This document shows positions 14,001 to 26,915 of a stretch of 64,000 nt of DNA, in pieces; the stretch's first letter is position 1, and every line of letters starts with the position of its first letter. This stretch comes from Cirrosporium novae-zelandiae. Lineage: Eukaryota. The notes beneath the pieces are model-generated. The model was not told the origin of the DNA, ran no database searches, and worked only from the letters and a program-made list of their open reading frames with translations. The stretch covers positions 1 through 64,000 of the forward strand of contig JAPETS010000067.1 in the NCBI GenBank assembly GCA_026023565.1, written 5' to 3'. The position numbers and the translations under genes were made by a program.

Positions 14001-16701
14001 CTGCCTTTGCGTGGTCGTGATTAATTTCGGTGCTTGCGGAGGCCTTTGAGGCGATACCACCAAGGCCAATGCCAATGCCATGAAGGCCAAAACTGATTTG
14101 TCGAGCAGCTTTTTTAGGTCTCAACCCCGTATTGTCCTTTTTCCTGGCTTGACTACTCGAACTACCGGATCTACCAGCTTGTCTGGATGTTACACCCCGG
14201 CCACGAGCTTTGAATTCCTCTCCAATTTGCTGGTTTTTCTTCTTTTCGATACCAATAAGAGCTCTTGGAGAAGTTCCAAATAAGGATGTGTTACCATCTC
14301 TTGTTTTCCTGGACAAACTATGTCTTAAAGGAACCCCCTTGTCTATGGTGGCTGGATGCTGTATCGGTAAAGATTCCGACGGAAATCGGAACGTACGCAT
14401 ATCGTATTCGTCCAGCCACCGAAGGCGTTCGCTCGATGACATGCCGTACAAAGGCCTTCCATCAGATGAAGACATTAATGAGGAAGAACCTTCAAGACTC
14501 GCCTTCTTAGTCAACGCCGCCCCATATAGAAACGGCTGCCCATCTTGCTGATCATCGATTGGTTTTGCTTCCTCGCCAAGTGAACTTTGATTACTCGCAC
14601 TTTTCTTTGTTTGCAGGGAATTGTATGGCTCTCCCATATAAGGTATACTTATGTTGCTCATCTCATTTTCCATGACACCCATCATCTGAAGTTCATACAA
14701 TCGAACTCTAGGGACAAAAACTTTTGAAGTCTTCACCTTTGTAGATTTTGCATAGCCAAGATAGTTGTTAGTGAAGCGATGACCGTAACTGTTATCATCT
14801 GAATTCCAAAAGGACACGTCGATCCAATGGGGAATTACAAAACTCCATCCTCGTCGTGGTTGATTTGGTAAAATCGTTTTAGGTATTATTGGGCTACTTC
14901 CGTAGGAGAACCTGGAAGGAGAAATACCACTTCTTCGACTCGAATAGCTTCCAATTGGTGGCCGTCCAATGCGAAGAGTACTGCCAACAGTATCTGAGTC
15001 TAGCCGAGGACTCTCCTTATCGCCCTCGAAGGGTTTGAACATGAACAGCGGGACCGAATGAAGTGGCATTCTGGATAAACAAACCAGGTCAATGCCAATG
15101 GCGTTATTAACTAATCTCTCGGTAGTCAATGCAAGCATGTTGTTATCTACTTCGAACACTCCTGTTCCAGGTGTGATCACAACCACCGATACCCCAGTTC
15201 GAACAAGGTCACGATCAATATAATCCAACGAATACTGAGATGCAGCAAGATTAATAGCTTCTAGTATGTTGCCTCGAGGAGCAGTGGAAGGCTGGCCAAC
15301 AATTCTTGCGCTAGAGTTTTCGGTTGAGCTCTGTAGAGTGTTTGGAAAGACGTGAGATTCAACTTGCTCAATGGAAACATCCCGTAGAAATATTTTGAAC
15401 TCTCGTTTTAACTGGTCTAGAATTTTGGTCCATTGAATACTAGCCATCTCGCTGACTACCACTCGATAATAATCCTTAGTTCTAAGAGTCCCCGGTGAAC
15501 TGGCCAAACTCGGGGTTTTGTTGGCTGCTTTGAGATCGCTCAGATTCGAAAGTACCTCAGGGTTGTATTCCAATCTTGTAAACATGACAATGCTAACGAG
15601 ATGGCGTGCATTGATTTTGGCCCATCGTTTGAATAACTCTGGAAGGAAGCCATTGATGACACGGTTAAACATAATCTCCCCAGAACCTTCGGAGTCAAAG
15701 TCCCACATCTCTTTAGACATTTGGATGAAGAGCACATATCTAGCTGACTCACTCCTGAATATGGGAATTGTGGAGGCAGAAAAGAAGCCCGCCCTTAGCC
15801 TTTGCCCGTCCAGATAGATATTTTTCACTGTTGTTTTGATGGTTCCCATAAATGTAATCTTCTGGCCACTGTATAATGCCTTTCCCGCAAGCTCGGCCAT
15901 AGCCAACCTCCACATATCTGCTCGAGCAAGGTAGGCATCTCGAAATGTTAATTCGATATGAGAAGCTGAAAAGTCGCTTTTATCAACCTAATGAAATCAA
16001 TTGAATTAGCCAATTGGTGCGACTGTAGGAAGTGTCCATAGTGTGTAGTCATACTGTTGAAATGATAACCTGGCTGCGATTTCTGAATCCAAAAGTGGCA
16101 GCTATACTTGATGTGACAGATATCTAGAGCCACATTAACTTTGATCCCCAAGCATAAATATCGAGGGGTAAATGTACCTGGAGATTTGGATATCGTGCCT
16201 TTACTTCTGGACTTATATCCCTTGCGACGAACAAAAAGCTCTTCTGGGGTTCTTCTGCTCCACGTTCAATAGGTTCTCCATGTGTGATTACAGCGCTCTT
16301 GTCACCAAAGTCATTCGACAGAAGGGATCGCCGCTTCTGCGACGGAGCCAAAGGTTCAAATTGTCGGACAGATGTTGTTGGTAAGACTGCGGACACGGCA
16401 AGCAGGTCGTCTGCCCGAACTGCGCCGTCGCCTAAAGCTGCAGCATTAAACAAAATATCTTCTTTTGAAAACGATTCATCATGTACCTAGAAGTAGTTAT
16501 CTCAATCAGTATGAAGGTAACATAATTGACAGGTGTAATCCTTACCCATATTGAACAAAGTCTCTGTACCGGTTCGAAGTGTGACCTTTGAGACGACTGT
16601 TCTAGCGATTCGACGCTTTCGGCTTCAGGGCTACCCGTGCTCCATTGGCGTAAATGGGACACCCGTGGAAGCCCACGTAGCGTTGATATCCTGTTCGGCA
16701 T
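11005..16701 (-). CDS. IML1: Vacuolar membrane-associated protein Iml1 (SEA1/DEPDC5, SEACIT/GATOR1 subunit)
   Basis: 1636-aa main exon with the IML1 domain (FRSESARYVLFIQMSKEMWDFD, GNILEAINLA, IDLVCLSRMPLHSVPLF), KWKSLCSPAALPLT and a DEP domain (RRWHWRLHYNCFIG...NFRDIDTREEAVEFG...HNFRDGNFFY). Short upstream exons begin at MPNRISTL (ATG 16701). Confidence 0.93.
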
Positions 16702-16835
16702 AGGAAGACATCGAAGGTGATAGTAGTTAATGATGAGATGAGAGATTCTCGGTCGCAATAACCTCAATCCTTGGCGATTCTGAAGTGCACGGACCATTTA
16801 CAACCTACGTATCACAAACATGCGCGGATAGTGAC

Positions 16836-16872
16836 TGATATATATATATATAGTCTGTATATATATATATCA
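16836..16872. repeat. (TA)n microsatellite
   Basis: gatatatatatatatagtctgtatatatatatat. Confidence 0.85.
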
Positions 16873-16999
16873 TTTAATATTGTCATGTTCGCTCTGAAGG
16901 TGAGTACTATTGCTATCGAAACTTACTTTTCCACCGATAGTAGAAAGATTTTTTCTAGAATTCTTCTATACATGCCTCGTGAGTAATTTTGGTGTCACT

Positions 17000-17950
17000 A
17001 TATTATTTCTGCCCATGTTAAGCAGTTTGTTCTATCTTGTACAAATGCAGCTTTGCAGCAAATACTTCTAGTGAATTGAAATTCACAAAACAAGTCAAAC
17101 ATTCCTATTCTCTTTGGCCGTTGTGTGGCTGCCTTGTCACCACCGCCCATTATCGATGCAAGGTTCCAAGTTCTCATACAAACTCCCCTCATACCAAGTA
17201 CCCCAGATCTATAGGAATGTGTAGGTTTCGTCTTGCTCCTCTTCATAGTCTCAAAATACCTCCTTTCCTGACTCTAAAGCGACCTTCGTCTTGAAACAAT
17301 TGACATCTTATCCTTGTCCTCTTTATTAAAGAACGCTTCAACTGCCGGGAGCCATTTCCTCCAAGTTTTAAGAAGCGTTGTCAAGGTTTTGACGATTGGC
17401 ATATCAGCATCATCATGGTCATCAGCTTCCGAGAAAGCTACCCCCTACGTTCAATAAGCCTTATCAAGGTTTTTCAAATAAGTTGAGTATCAGTTATCTG
17501 TTTTAGCTATAATGCTGGCATTAAGAGTGTTTTAAGTAGGAAAGTTCTAAAGCGCCTTATATCATCGGCAAACTGCCTAGCGTTTGGTTTTACAGGCCAG
17601 CTGACAAATGTTGCCGCCGTGCCAAATAACCCCATCCACTCATTATAGTTGTGTAGCACTTGAAACTTCCAGATTTCTCGTATACCACAATTCATATCGT
17701 CAGCACTTCCCTGAACCTCCAAGGGTACCCAGAACACACCCATGTTCAGCCAAGAGTGTCCATCTTTGAACTCCAAGAAGATGACAAGAGTGTTGCTTTC
17801 AAAGTAGCATTGTATTTGGTCGAACATGGCTAAAGTTGCGTAACCTTGGGTCTTTACGTGATCTCTTCTTTGGGTATATCGCAGTTTCCCATTCCACCAT
17901 CCTTCCAGGGTGGAATCGATGCTTGGGTCACTAACAGCGATCCACACATA
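17000..17950 (-). pseudogene. Probable decayed gene of unknown family
   Basis: 146-aa ORF (17507-17947) with globular-protein-like composition, followed by further coding-like segments (GVAFSEADDH...WRKWLPAVEAFF, MKRSKTKP...) broken by stops and a frame change. No family recognised. Confidence 0.3.
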
Positions 17951-18472
17951 ACTTCCTTTGGCTTGGGTCTGACATTATCTCGGACGAGATTATGTGATCT
18001 CGTATAGTCTTGGATGTGGACATCCCAGTGAACTGAACCTTTTGGTATGAAAAAGAAGTCAATAAGGGTAAAGGAGGTTATAGCTTCATAAGAGGAAAAT
18101 CCAGGCTAACAATTGGTTTTAAACGGGAGAATGAATTTATGAGAAACATAAGTTAGGCTGGGCTACGTGAAGCTGAAAAGCTAGCGTTGAGTTTCAATCC
18201 CATTTCCAGCTCAGGGCAGCCTCGTAGTTAGGCAAGAACGAGTACTTACATCTGGTTGCTCAGATGACCCTGGCATTAGATTAATGTCAATAGACTAAAA
18301 GCACGTACTGCAGATCTTATTTCATTGGGCCTTTCTTATAATTATACCCGCGCTGAAGGAGCACCCCAATATATGCTGGAGTTCTTTTAAAGTCAGAACA
18401 CAGCCTCAAGCGACCAGGCGCTTATCTCGGACGACCATAAGATATTTCCAGGGAACTGTACGGGATTCAATA

Positions 18473-19472
18473 TTAGGGAAGGCAATATCCTCCATCCACC
18501 CTAATATCGGTACCTGTAGCATAACTACTTGCGTCAGTGCTCAGATACAGATACGCCCCCTTGAGCTCGCTTGGTTCCCCCTCACGACCCATCGGAATCT
18601 TTCCTTTCCAAAGATCCCGAGTCTCCTGTGGAATAAAGTCTGAGATTTCGGTAGCCATATAGCCCGGAGATACCGAATTGGCTCGGGCAAAGCCTACCCA
18701 CTCAACAGCAAGGGAGCGGCCTATCAATATCCGTCAGTATGTTGGCCATCGGTTAGGGGTCCATACATACAGAGATGGATGACGGCAGCTTTTGCAGAAT
18801 TGTATGCAGCTTGGAACTGTGGAATATTGACAATGTGACCTGACATGGATGCTGTCGCGACGAATCTTCCCTCCCTAAAATCAATGCTCTTGCCATTAAG
18901 GTCTGTTTTCTCCAAGGCTTGACGCCTCCAGATTAACCCGGCCGCCCGAGCACAATAATAAGTACCGTTAAAGTCTGTATCGACAACTTTACGATAGTGC
19001 TCTAGCTCACCCTCAAGAACAGGTCCTTGGGTCCATGGGATACCGCTGTTGGCAATGAAGACATCGAGACGACCGTTAAATTCTTTTGTGATTTCGTTGA
19101 TTGCTTTTTCGACATTGTCTGAAGTGGTAATGTTTACTTGGTATGCTTTGCCTAGAAGACTATGAGAAATGTTTCAAAGCTTAACATTACCGGAAAGAAT
19201 TTACACATAACGCCATGCTTCTTGGAAATTTCCTCGGCCCTTTCAATGGCCTTTTTGTTGTGATTATACCAGATAGCAACATTTGCTCCTGCTTCGGCTA
19301 GTGCATGCGCAACAGATAAGCCAATACCTGCACCGGCACCGGAAACAATAGCCGTTTGTCCTTTCAGGGAGAATAGGGGCATCACGAGGTCCTTGAAAGA
19401 ATCTTTTGGAGACCCGGGGGATGTAGTGTTGAAGTGGGTAAAAGTCCCTTTGTTCATTGCTTTGCTAGCCAT
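18473..19472 (-). CDS. NADP(H)-dependent SDR, L-xylulose reductase of the LXR3 type (sorbose reductase-like)
   Basis: Three exons. FSLKGQTAIVSGAGAGIG, ANVAIWYN, FNGRLDVFIANSGIPW, TASMSGHIVNIPQFQAAYNSAKAAVIH (YxxxK), ARANSVSPGY and DIRVDGGYCLP closely resemble Trichoderma LXR3 as I recall it. Confidence 0.85.
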
Positions 19473-21249
19473 ATTTGCGGAGGTGAATGCTCGCCGATGA
19501 TGAATAAATTGTTGATTTCCAATTGCAGTGCAGACAAATGTCTTAGATAAATTATATGCTCCGAATTGTGGGGGTAGCATGCAATGATATATGCTTCCAA
19601 GGCGTACAATCCATTTGAGTTCTAGCAAATGTTGGTAATGATTGATCACCATGATAAATTTACATTTGCACAATTGTCCGTATCAGACAGTTGGGAATTC
19701 AAGTGTGTTTTGGTTTCGGCTTTGTCTGGAGAGAGCGAATCTGCAGTTGAGCGAACGAATTGATACTGATGAAGGACAGGCCTGAACCCCTCAGATTCAT
19801 TCATTGTAGCGACCATTCTCCATTACAGTTCATCATTATTCATCGTCGAAGGGTTCAAAGTTGCTTAAAATGCTCTTGGCAAAATTGACCGTCGACTAAT
19901 AGGCCACTTCAAGGTGTACTTTGTCTTTGCAGTGGAAATGCTGGTGGCTAAATCAAGAATGCTTCTAATATTTAAAGCTTCTCGGCCAAAATTACTTGCT
20001 GACTAGATGTGACAAATCATATTTGCGCCAGTAGCAAGAAGTAGAATTTGCTCCAGATCATTAGCATTTTGGTTGGCAGCCGTTGCTAGCTACACGAGTG
20101 AGGTAATGGCTTACTTGAATATGCACACCATTTACTCTACCACGCGTCTACCAATAGGTTGGATTAGAACTGCCGTGGCTACGGATGGCAAAGCCAACCT
20201 CGAACCCAGATCTACTGGGAATATCGACCAAATTCAAGGTGAATGCTGAAAATTACTGTGGTAGATTGACGACATTACAGCAGCTAATTAAGGCAGTGGT
20301 CCTACACGTGGCCTGCTACTCCATTCATCAAGATATGTCTTGGGCACCTCATATCTCTTGCCTCCTTCTCATTGTGTCAACACCATTTCTATATCCATTC
20401 TTTTGTCAGGCGCTAATATTGTTCTATTATATGCTCGAACTACCGCGAACCAAGAGCTTTTACTGATGAATGAATACGTGCGAAGGTCACCTAAGAGAGG
20501 AACATGTCTTTTCAGAATTGTCAACAGGTGTGGTGATGTCTAGGATCTGTTGGATGTTAGCTAACAAGAGGTGTAAGTCAGGCCATAAACTCATCCGGAG
20601 GACATTCGCAGATATCAAATTCTACGACAAAAAAATATTAGAGACCGTCGGTTCGGACTTAGAAAGCTCGCCCTATCTTAGGTGTCTTTAAAGGTTTGCG
20701 TCTTGCAATGGCAAATCCTATTCGAGTACCACAAATTGTTCCCCAGAAGGATAGGGCTTTGGAGGATACCATGATGATGATAATTCATTTTATTATCCAC
20801 ATGTCGCCATCAAGCTATAGCGAACATTTGGAAGATACCATGTTCCATCAAGCATTATTTCTAGAGTCGGGGTATTCAAACTTCATCAAGGTCTAAAGGT
20901 GTTCCCTAACCTAGGATTATTCCTCCTAGAGCGGTGGATAAAGGTTTCCCTTGAAATACAACGAGATTGGATACCGTTTGGCATGGATACTAGATTCTGG
21001 ATTGCGCGGAATCTATCCAAGACCTAATTCCTCTTAGGCGTTCAAAGGGTTGTAAAGACGGATAGACTTAAGAAGTGCAAGAAGAACAAAATACACGATT
21101 GAGGTAGAAAAGTGGCTCAATGCACGGATAATAGGAGACAATATCAAAATGGCCTGGAGTAAAAGACGGCTTGAAATAAACTGAACTGACAATGTATAAT
21201 CATAACCCGAACTGGCTTTTCATTTTTATCATGACAGAAACCATTATTA

Positions 21250-22233
21250 TCAAGTCAAGACGACAATTTTCCCACCTGCTTTATTGTCCTCCATACACTG
21301 ATGGGCCTCAACAATCTGATCCAGCGAGAAGGTCTTCCCAACCGGGACACGCATTGTTCCCTTGGCCACCTGCTCCGCCAGCTCATTCAACGGGGTATCC
21401 ATAAACTCCTTTGGGCCCCCACCATACGAAGTCAAGTAGCAACCAGACGGAATCAGCTCCATCGGATTGACCTCAAACATCCACTCGTTGCCCACAATCC
21501 CCGTCACGCACACCGTGCCCCCCTGCTTGACACACCTCAAAGAATCATGCAAAGTAACCGTCCCAACGAGCTCCAATACCTTATCCACCCCACTACCACC
21601 ACCACCATGCAACATTTTCACCTTCTCCGCAATACTCCCATCATCAACAACAACCTCATCAGCCCCGTTCTCCCTCAACAACCCCTCACTCTCCGCCCTC
21701 CTCGACGTCGCCGTAACATGAACCCCATGTGCCTTCGCAATCGCGGCGGCCGCAAGCCCCACAGACGTGGTGCCCCCCCGAATCAAAAGCCTCTCCCCCC
21801 CCTTCACCCTCAACGACCGAAAAAGCGACCCCCAAGCCGTCTGAAACATCTCCGGCATCGCGCCCAAAACCTCCCACGGCAACTCCGTCTTAATCACCTG
21901 AACCTGTCCCGCCGGCACACACGTAAACTCAGCATACCCACCATCAAACTCCCTCCCCATACCCCCCATAGCCGTAGCAACCCTCTGACCCCGAGAAAAC
22001 TCATTTCCAGGAGCCGCCTCCACGATCCCGGTCGCTTCGATCCCAAGAACACGTGGGAACTTGACGCCCGGGGAGTGGCCCTGGCGGGTAAACATCTCGG
22101 AGCGGTTGAGCCCGAATGCTTTTATGTGGATGAGCACCTGGCCTGGTTTTGGGATGGGGATTGGGATTTGGGCGATTTTGAGAACGGAGGGGGGGCCGGG
22201 GTGGCGCAGGATTGCTGCTTTCATGGTTGCCAT
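21250..22233 (-). CDS. MDR-family NADPH:quinone oxidoreductase-like (zeta-crystallin-type) alcohol dehydrogenase
   Basis: Intronless. [61 protein letters not shown]-terminal GKIVV. Likely start MATMKAA at 22233. Confidence 0.88.
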   Translation of the reverse strand: MATMKAAILRHPGPPSVLKIAQIPIPIPKPGQVLIHIKAFGLNRSEMFTRQGHSPGVKFPRVLGIEATGIVEAAPGNEFSRGQRVATAMGGMGREFDGGYAEFTCVPAGQVQVIKTELPWEVLGAMPEMFQTAWGSLFRSLRVKGGERLLIRGGTTSVGLAAAAIAKAHGVHVTATSRRAESEGLLRENGADEVVVDDGSIAEKVKMLHGGGGSGVDKVLELVGTVTLHDSLRCVKQGGTVCVTGIVGNEWMFEVNPMELIPSGCYLTSYGGGPKEFMDTPLNELAEQVAKGTMRVPVGKTFSLDQIVEAHQCMEDNKAGGKIVVLT

Positions 22234-23135
22234 CGTGATGATGTTTGATTGCGATTGACCTTGGGTATAAGTAGTAGTATAGTAGTAGATAGATGTAAGT
22301 ACGGCGAGCAGGAGGAACCCCGATAAATATAATCCAGACAATCACTTTCTTTCTTGCTTGTTTTTTCTCTCTGTTTGATAATACCAATACCAAAAACAAA
22401 AAATAAAAACGTGAGGGCCGACCGACCAGACATCCTATTATATAAAGAAGTAGTCAATATCCAGTACATGTACCGTATACATACAGTAGGCTAGACTAGT
22501 AAACAACCCGCCCGCCCTTCACCTCGCCCTCAACTCTTCCCCACTAAAGAACCAAAACCCAAAAACCAAAAAAAGGAAATACCTTCTTCCTTCCGATATT
22601 GAATATTGATTGATATCATCGGATCCCATCCCCCTCACCACTCTCATCCATCCAAATCCATATCTATATCCATCTCCCCATCCATAACCCACTCAATCGA
22701 GAATACATGTACAACCCAAGCTTTCCCTTAGTCCCTACCCCCCCAATCCAATCCAGTCAGATTTTAGCTCTAACAAGCATCTCCAAATAATAATTACAAA
22801 TCTGGGTTATTCGGTGGTTGTACCTACCTAATTCGGTTAGTCTAGGTACTGGAGTACTGTGCGGATATTGTAAGCATGGAGTTAAGAGATTGAAAGAGAA
22901 ATGCTTAAGACCGAGTTTGGTTTCGGAGGGCCTGAACCTTGGCGTGAACAGCCCAAGCCGTTTGGATACATTGTCTTGGACAAATCGAGATTCCTGCCTA
23001 CAGCCTGATCTGGGTAGGGAAATTCTCATCTGATTCTTGATAAAAATGTATAACAAATCTTCTACTTTCTTTTCTTGAGTCAGTCTCTTACCCTAATAAA
23101 TCCTTTCTCACTTTACATTGTCTCATCTTCACAAC

Positions 23136-26100
23136 ATGGGTCTCAAGGATAGTTTCAGAGAACTTCGTAATAAGGACATCTCCATTCATCAGTTCATCGC
23201 GTCACTAGAGATCCGCGCTCTCACAGACAACTATAACGCTCTCCTTCAAGCCAGATGCCAAACAATAGGAGAATGGGTGCGAGGATCATGAGAGTTCGAT
23301 CAATGGGCCACACAAGCAAGCTCCACATACTTGTGGTGCTGCGGTAAACGTAAGAGAACTTCCCCGAATACAACAAATGGAATATCCATTATATATTCTG
23401 CGTATACTAGAAGTTTATACTAATGGGTCACAACATTTTCAATTCTAGCTGGTGCGGGAAAATCATTCATAGCGTCAGTAGACGTCACAAATCCTCCCCC
23501 GTTATCATGGATTGTTTTTATAGGGACCGGACTGATCTTAATTGACACAGCGCTATTCTGACTAAGCACCTCGAAGCCTTTTACAGCCAAAAGTCGAACG
23601 ATGAAAAGGATGGCTTCACTTATACCTTCTTCGATTACAGAAAAGCGCAAGCTAATGATCATGTGGCCTTTGTGAAGTCTTTGCTGTTTCAACTTAGCCT
23701 CAGATTACCGGGTCAGTACCCAGAGTGTCTAGAATAGTTATCACGGAAAGATGATCCCACATTCGAAGAATATAGAAACACCCTCCAGACCCTATTAGGT
23801 GCCTTCACTGACGTTCACATTGTGGTCGATGCACTTGATGAATGTAAAACCGCCTGCCAATCAGAAATCCTGATTGCACATGATTCTCTCTTCAGAGGCG
23901 CCGAAGGACGAACTGAAAGCTGTAAGGTCCACGTGCTTTTATCAAGTAGAGCAAATGATAAAATCCAGGATTTTTACGATTTGCATATGAAACTGCTGCC
24001 GACATCCAAGATCGACGTGCGAGCCACGGCCGACGATATCAAAACTTATGTTGTTAGCACGCTTGAGGAGCATGAGAAACATATGAAACAGGATGGCAAA
24101 CCAACACCGCTTCGAGACAACAAACCCTTGAGGGATGACGTGTTGACCAAACTAGTTGAGAAGTCTGAGGGAATGTAAGGCTGCAGTATGGATGCATTAT
24201 TCTCCCCATATTTCTGACACTCCACAGGTTTCTCTGGACAAAGCTTCAAGTTTCTCATCTGAAGACGCTCGAAAAGTCCCTTGATATAGAACAGTTCATT
24301 AGATCTCTCCCGATAAGTGAGGAGATTGAGGACACATACATCCAAATTCTCACGAGGATACAAGCTCTTGACGGGAAGGAGAGAGAGATTGCTGAAAGCT
24401 GCTTGCTCTGGACTACTTACGCGGCCGAGCCACTTAGATGTGAAGAATTGGCCAATGCTATCCACATTGACGATACCAAGCCTCCCAAATTCACTTCATC
24501 CATTGATGATACAAATATTATTCTCAGAGTATGTGCCAACTTCCTCGAGAAGAATGAGTCTACCGGCGATATTGTTTTCATCCACTTTTCAGCCGCCGAA
24601 TTCTTCAGACATGGCCCAACTAAGGCGGTTGATTTAGTTGCACTAAGATCTTATTTCCCTACTCGGTCAGCAGCCGAGTTGAAGCTCGCAAAACTATGCT
24701 CCAAATGTCTTAATCACAGTTTCGGTGAGAAAAAGGCAACTTCTGTAATTAGTAGCATATCATGGTTCCTTCTTGAACATCCGCTCGCGTTCTACGCCTG
24801 TAATTGCTTCGATCGTCATCTCTTCCAAACGGACGATATCGACGATGAAGCCATTTCACAGGTTGAAAGGTTTCTCAACAGTGAAAATGCCATCCTTGTC
24901 GGATTTATGTTGATACGCACCCTAGACAACGCATGGGACGCGTATGAGTTCGACACGAAGGTGAAATTCTGGCCAGGGCAAATCAGTCGTGAGACTATCA
25001 TAAGAGCAACATTGCTTAATAGAATCGGACACTTCCAGCTTTTCGTTGAGGATATCCAAAAGGAAATAGAATCAAACAGATGGATTTTTCATCACGCGGC
25101 GTTCTCCGGCGACATAAATTTAGTTGAGGAGATTCTTCGGAATGCACCATCCTCGAAATTTATCCAGCAAACACATGCCCGCGGAGCTACGGCTTTGTAC
25201 TATGCTGCTCGGCAAGGATATAAACGCATTTGTCAAAGGCTTATGGATGTTGGGGAAATTCCTCTAGATGCGGAAGTGAATATTCGAACCCACTTCAAGT
25301 GGCCGCGCTCAATAATCCCCTAGAAGTAGCAAAACTGCTTCTGGACAGGGGCGCAGATGCCTGTCGAATGGGAGGATTTTACAACACTCCATTGCAGGCA
25401 GCGTCCTGGGGAGGGCACTATGGTATCGTTCATGAGCTCTTAGGAAGAGGAAAGCAACGGGTTAACGTCAATGCTCGTTCGTCTAAAACGGCGCGAACCT
25501 ACTGTGCTCTACAGGCTGCAGCTTTTCATAGGCACGATGCTATTGTCTATAGACTCATTAATGCGGGAGCTATTATCGATATTTCTAAACCAGAGAGGCA
25601 TACAACTCAGTTTGGTCTTCCACTTTAAGCTACAATGAATGGTGGATACATATCCACGGTACAAATACTACTTGATAAAGGAGCGGATATCAATGCGGAA
25701 AGTGGAAGAAACGACGTGGCGGGTACTGCGACAACTCTACTGCAAGCCGCAGCATAGAATGGGGATAACGATGCAGTCAAGTTTCTCATTGAAAAAGGGG
25801 CAGACGTGGCCCAGGTTGCAGGAACGTACGGCACTGCACTCCAGGTTGCTCTTTACCGCGGTTGGAGGGACGTTGTAGACACCTTATTGGAGCTTAATGC
25901 CGATATTCACGAGAAAGTTGGAACATACGGCAACTCACTGCAAGCTGCAGCTTGTAGTACAAATGAACAACTCGTCCGCCTTGCCCTCGATGAAGGTGTA
26001 GTGGTAAATTCAAAAGGTGGCTACTTCGCGAGCGCCCTCATTGCTGCCGCACAGCATGGAAGCCTCCCGGTCGTGAAGATGCTTGTCGATGCAGGTGCCT

Positions 26101-26915
26101 ACCTCGAAGCATTTGACTATAACTACGGAACTGCTCTTGATGTAGCAGCTTATCACGGTTATACGACCATCGTTCAATACCTCCTTGAGAAAGGTGCAAA
26201 AGTTGGAAATGCCTTAGCCGAAATCGCATCCACTTCTCATGTCCATCTAGCGGAAGTGCTCATTGCAAGGGGCGCTGGAGTCAACATTAGGTACAGATCT
26301 CCATATGAGGTTGCTTTACAGGCTGCAGCCTGGGGTGGGCAGCCGGGCATGGTACAATTGCTTCTCGATAGAGGGGCAAACGTCCACTTCAAAGGTGGCG
26401 CTTACGGGAACGCCCTCCATGCTGCGGTTTATACTGGAAATTTGGAAGTCGTGAAGAAACTCCTCGCAGCCAGTGCTGACCCAAACGACCCTACTGGGAA
26501 GGAGCCCAACGGTACGCCACTTCAGTGTGCATGTCCCCAGATCCACGAGGATATAGCACACTATCTCTTAGAAAATGGGGCGAAAGTAAACATGAAACCA
26601 TGCGGTAAATATGGAACCGCTCTCCAAGCAGCTGTAGTCAAAAACTACGAGCCAGTAGTGAATCTGTTACTGGATTATGGTGCGGAAGTTAATGCTGTGG
26701 GCGGAGAATTCGGTACGGCGATCCAAGCTGCGATGGCCAATGAGAATTTGCGTCTGGTTGAACTATTGCTTGAGAAAGGAGCAGATCCAAATCTGAAAGG
26801 GAAACATGGAAGAGCTCTGCAAGAAACGGCATATGGTGGCAACGAAGCAATCGTACGCCTTCTTTCAGATCACAACTCCAGAGCTAATGCGGTATCAGAA
26901 AGAGGACTATTGTGA
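23136..26915 (+). pseudogene. Fungal NLR-like NACHT/P-loop NTPase with C-terminal ankyrin repeats, disrupted
   Basis: Walker A split by an intron (LWCCGK/PGAGKS), Walker B (VHIVVDALDEC), LLSSR, KSEGM/FLW, winged-helix segment (AEPLRCEELANAI...VFIHFSAAEFF) and many ankyrin repeats (YGTALQAA...LLDxGAxVN). In-frame stops at 23289, 23735, 25626 and 25755, plus frameshifts near 24.25 kb and 25.27 kb. Confidence 0.88.

Noticed and set aside
13502..14551. 172-aa and 113-aa plus-strand ORFs
   Set aside because: Antisense to the low-complexity middle of IML1; treated as shadows, like similar ORFs inside TAO3, SHE4 and TRM2.
19700..21150. Several 66-93 aa ORFs as a transposon or gene remnant
   Set aside because: No recognisable transposase, RT or other motif and no terminal repeats; cannot be supported by eye.
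21301..22248. 315-aa plus-strand ORF
   Set aside because: Exact antisense shadow of the MDR oxidoreductase; its His/Pro/Arg-rich composition is what the codon bias of the real gene would produce.
23136..23290. Amyloid signalling motif at the NLR N-terminus with an adjacent effector gene
   Set aside because: The N-terminus is not G/N/Q-rich or pseudo-repeated, and neither neighbour resembles a HeLo/HELL, SesB or gasdermin effector.
23289..25757. Stop-codon readthrough or RNA editing rescuing the NLR
   Set aside because: All three stop types plus frameshifts are present, so simple decay is more parsimonious.
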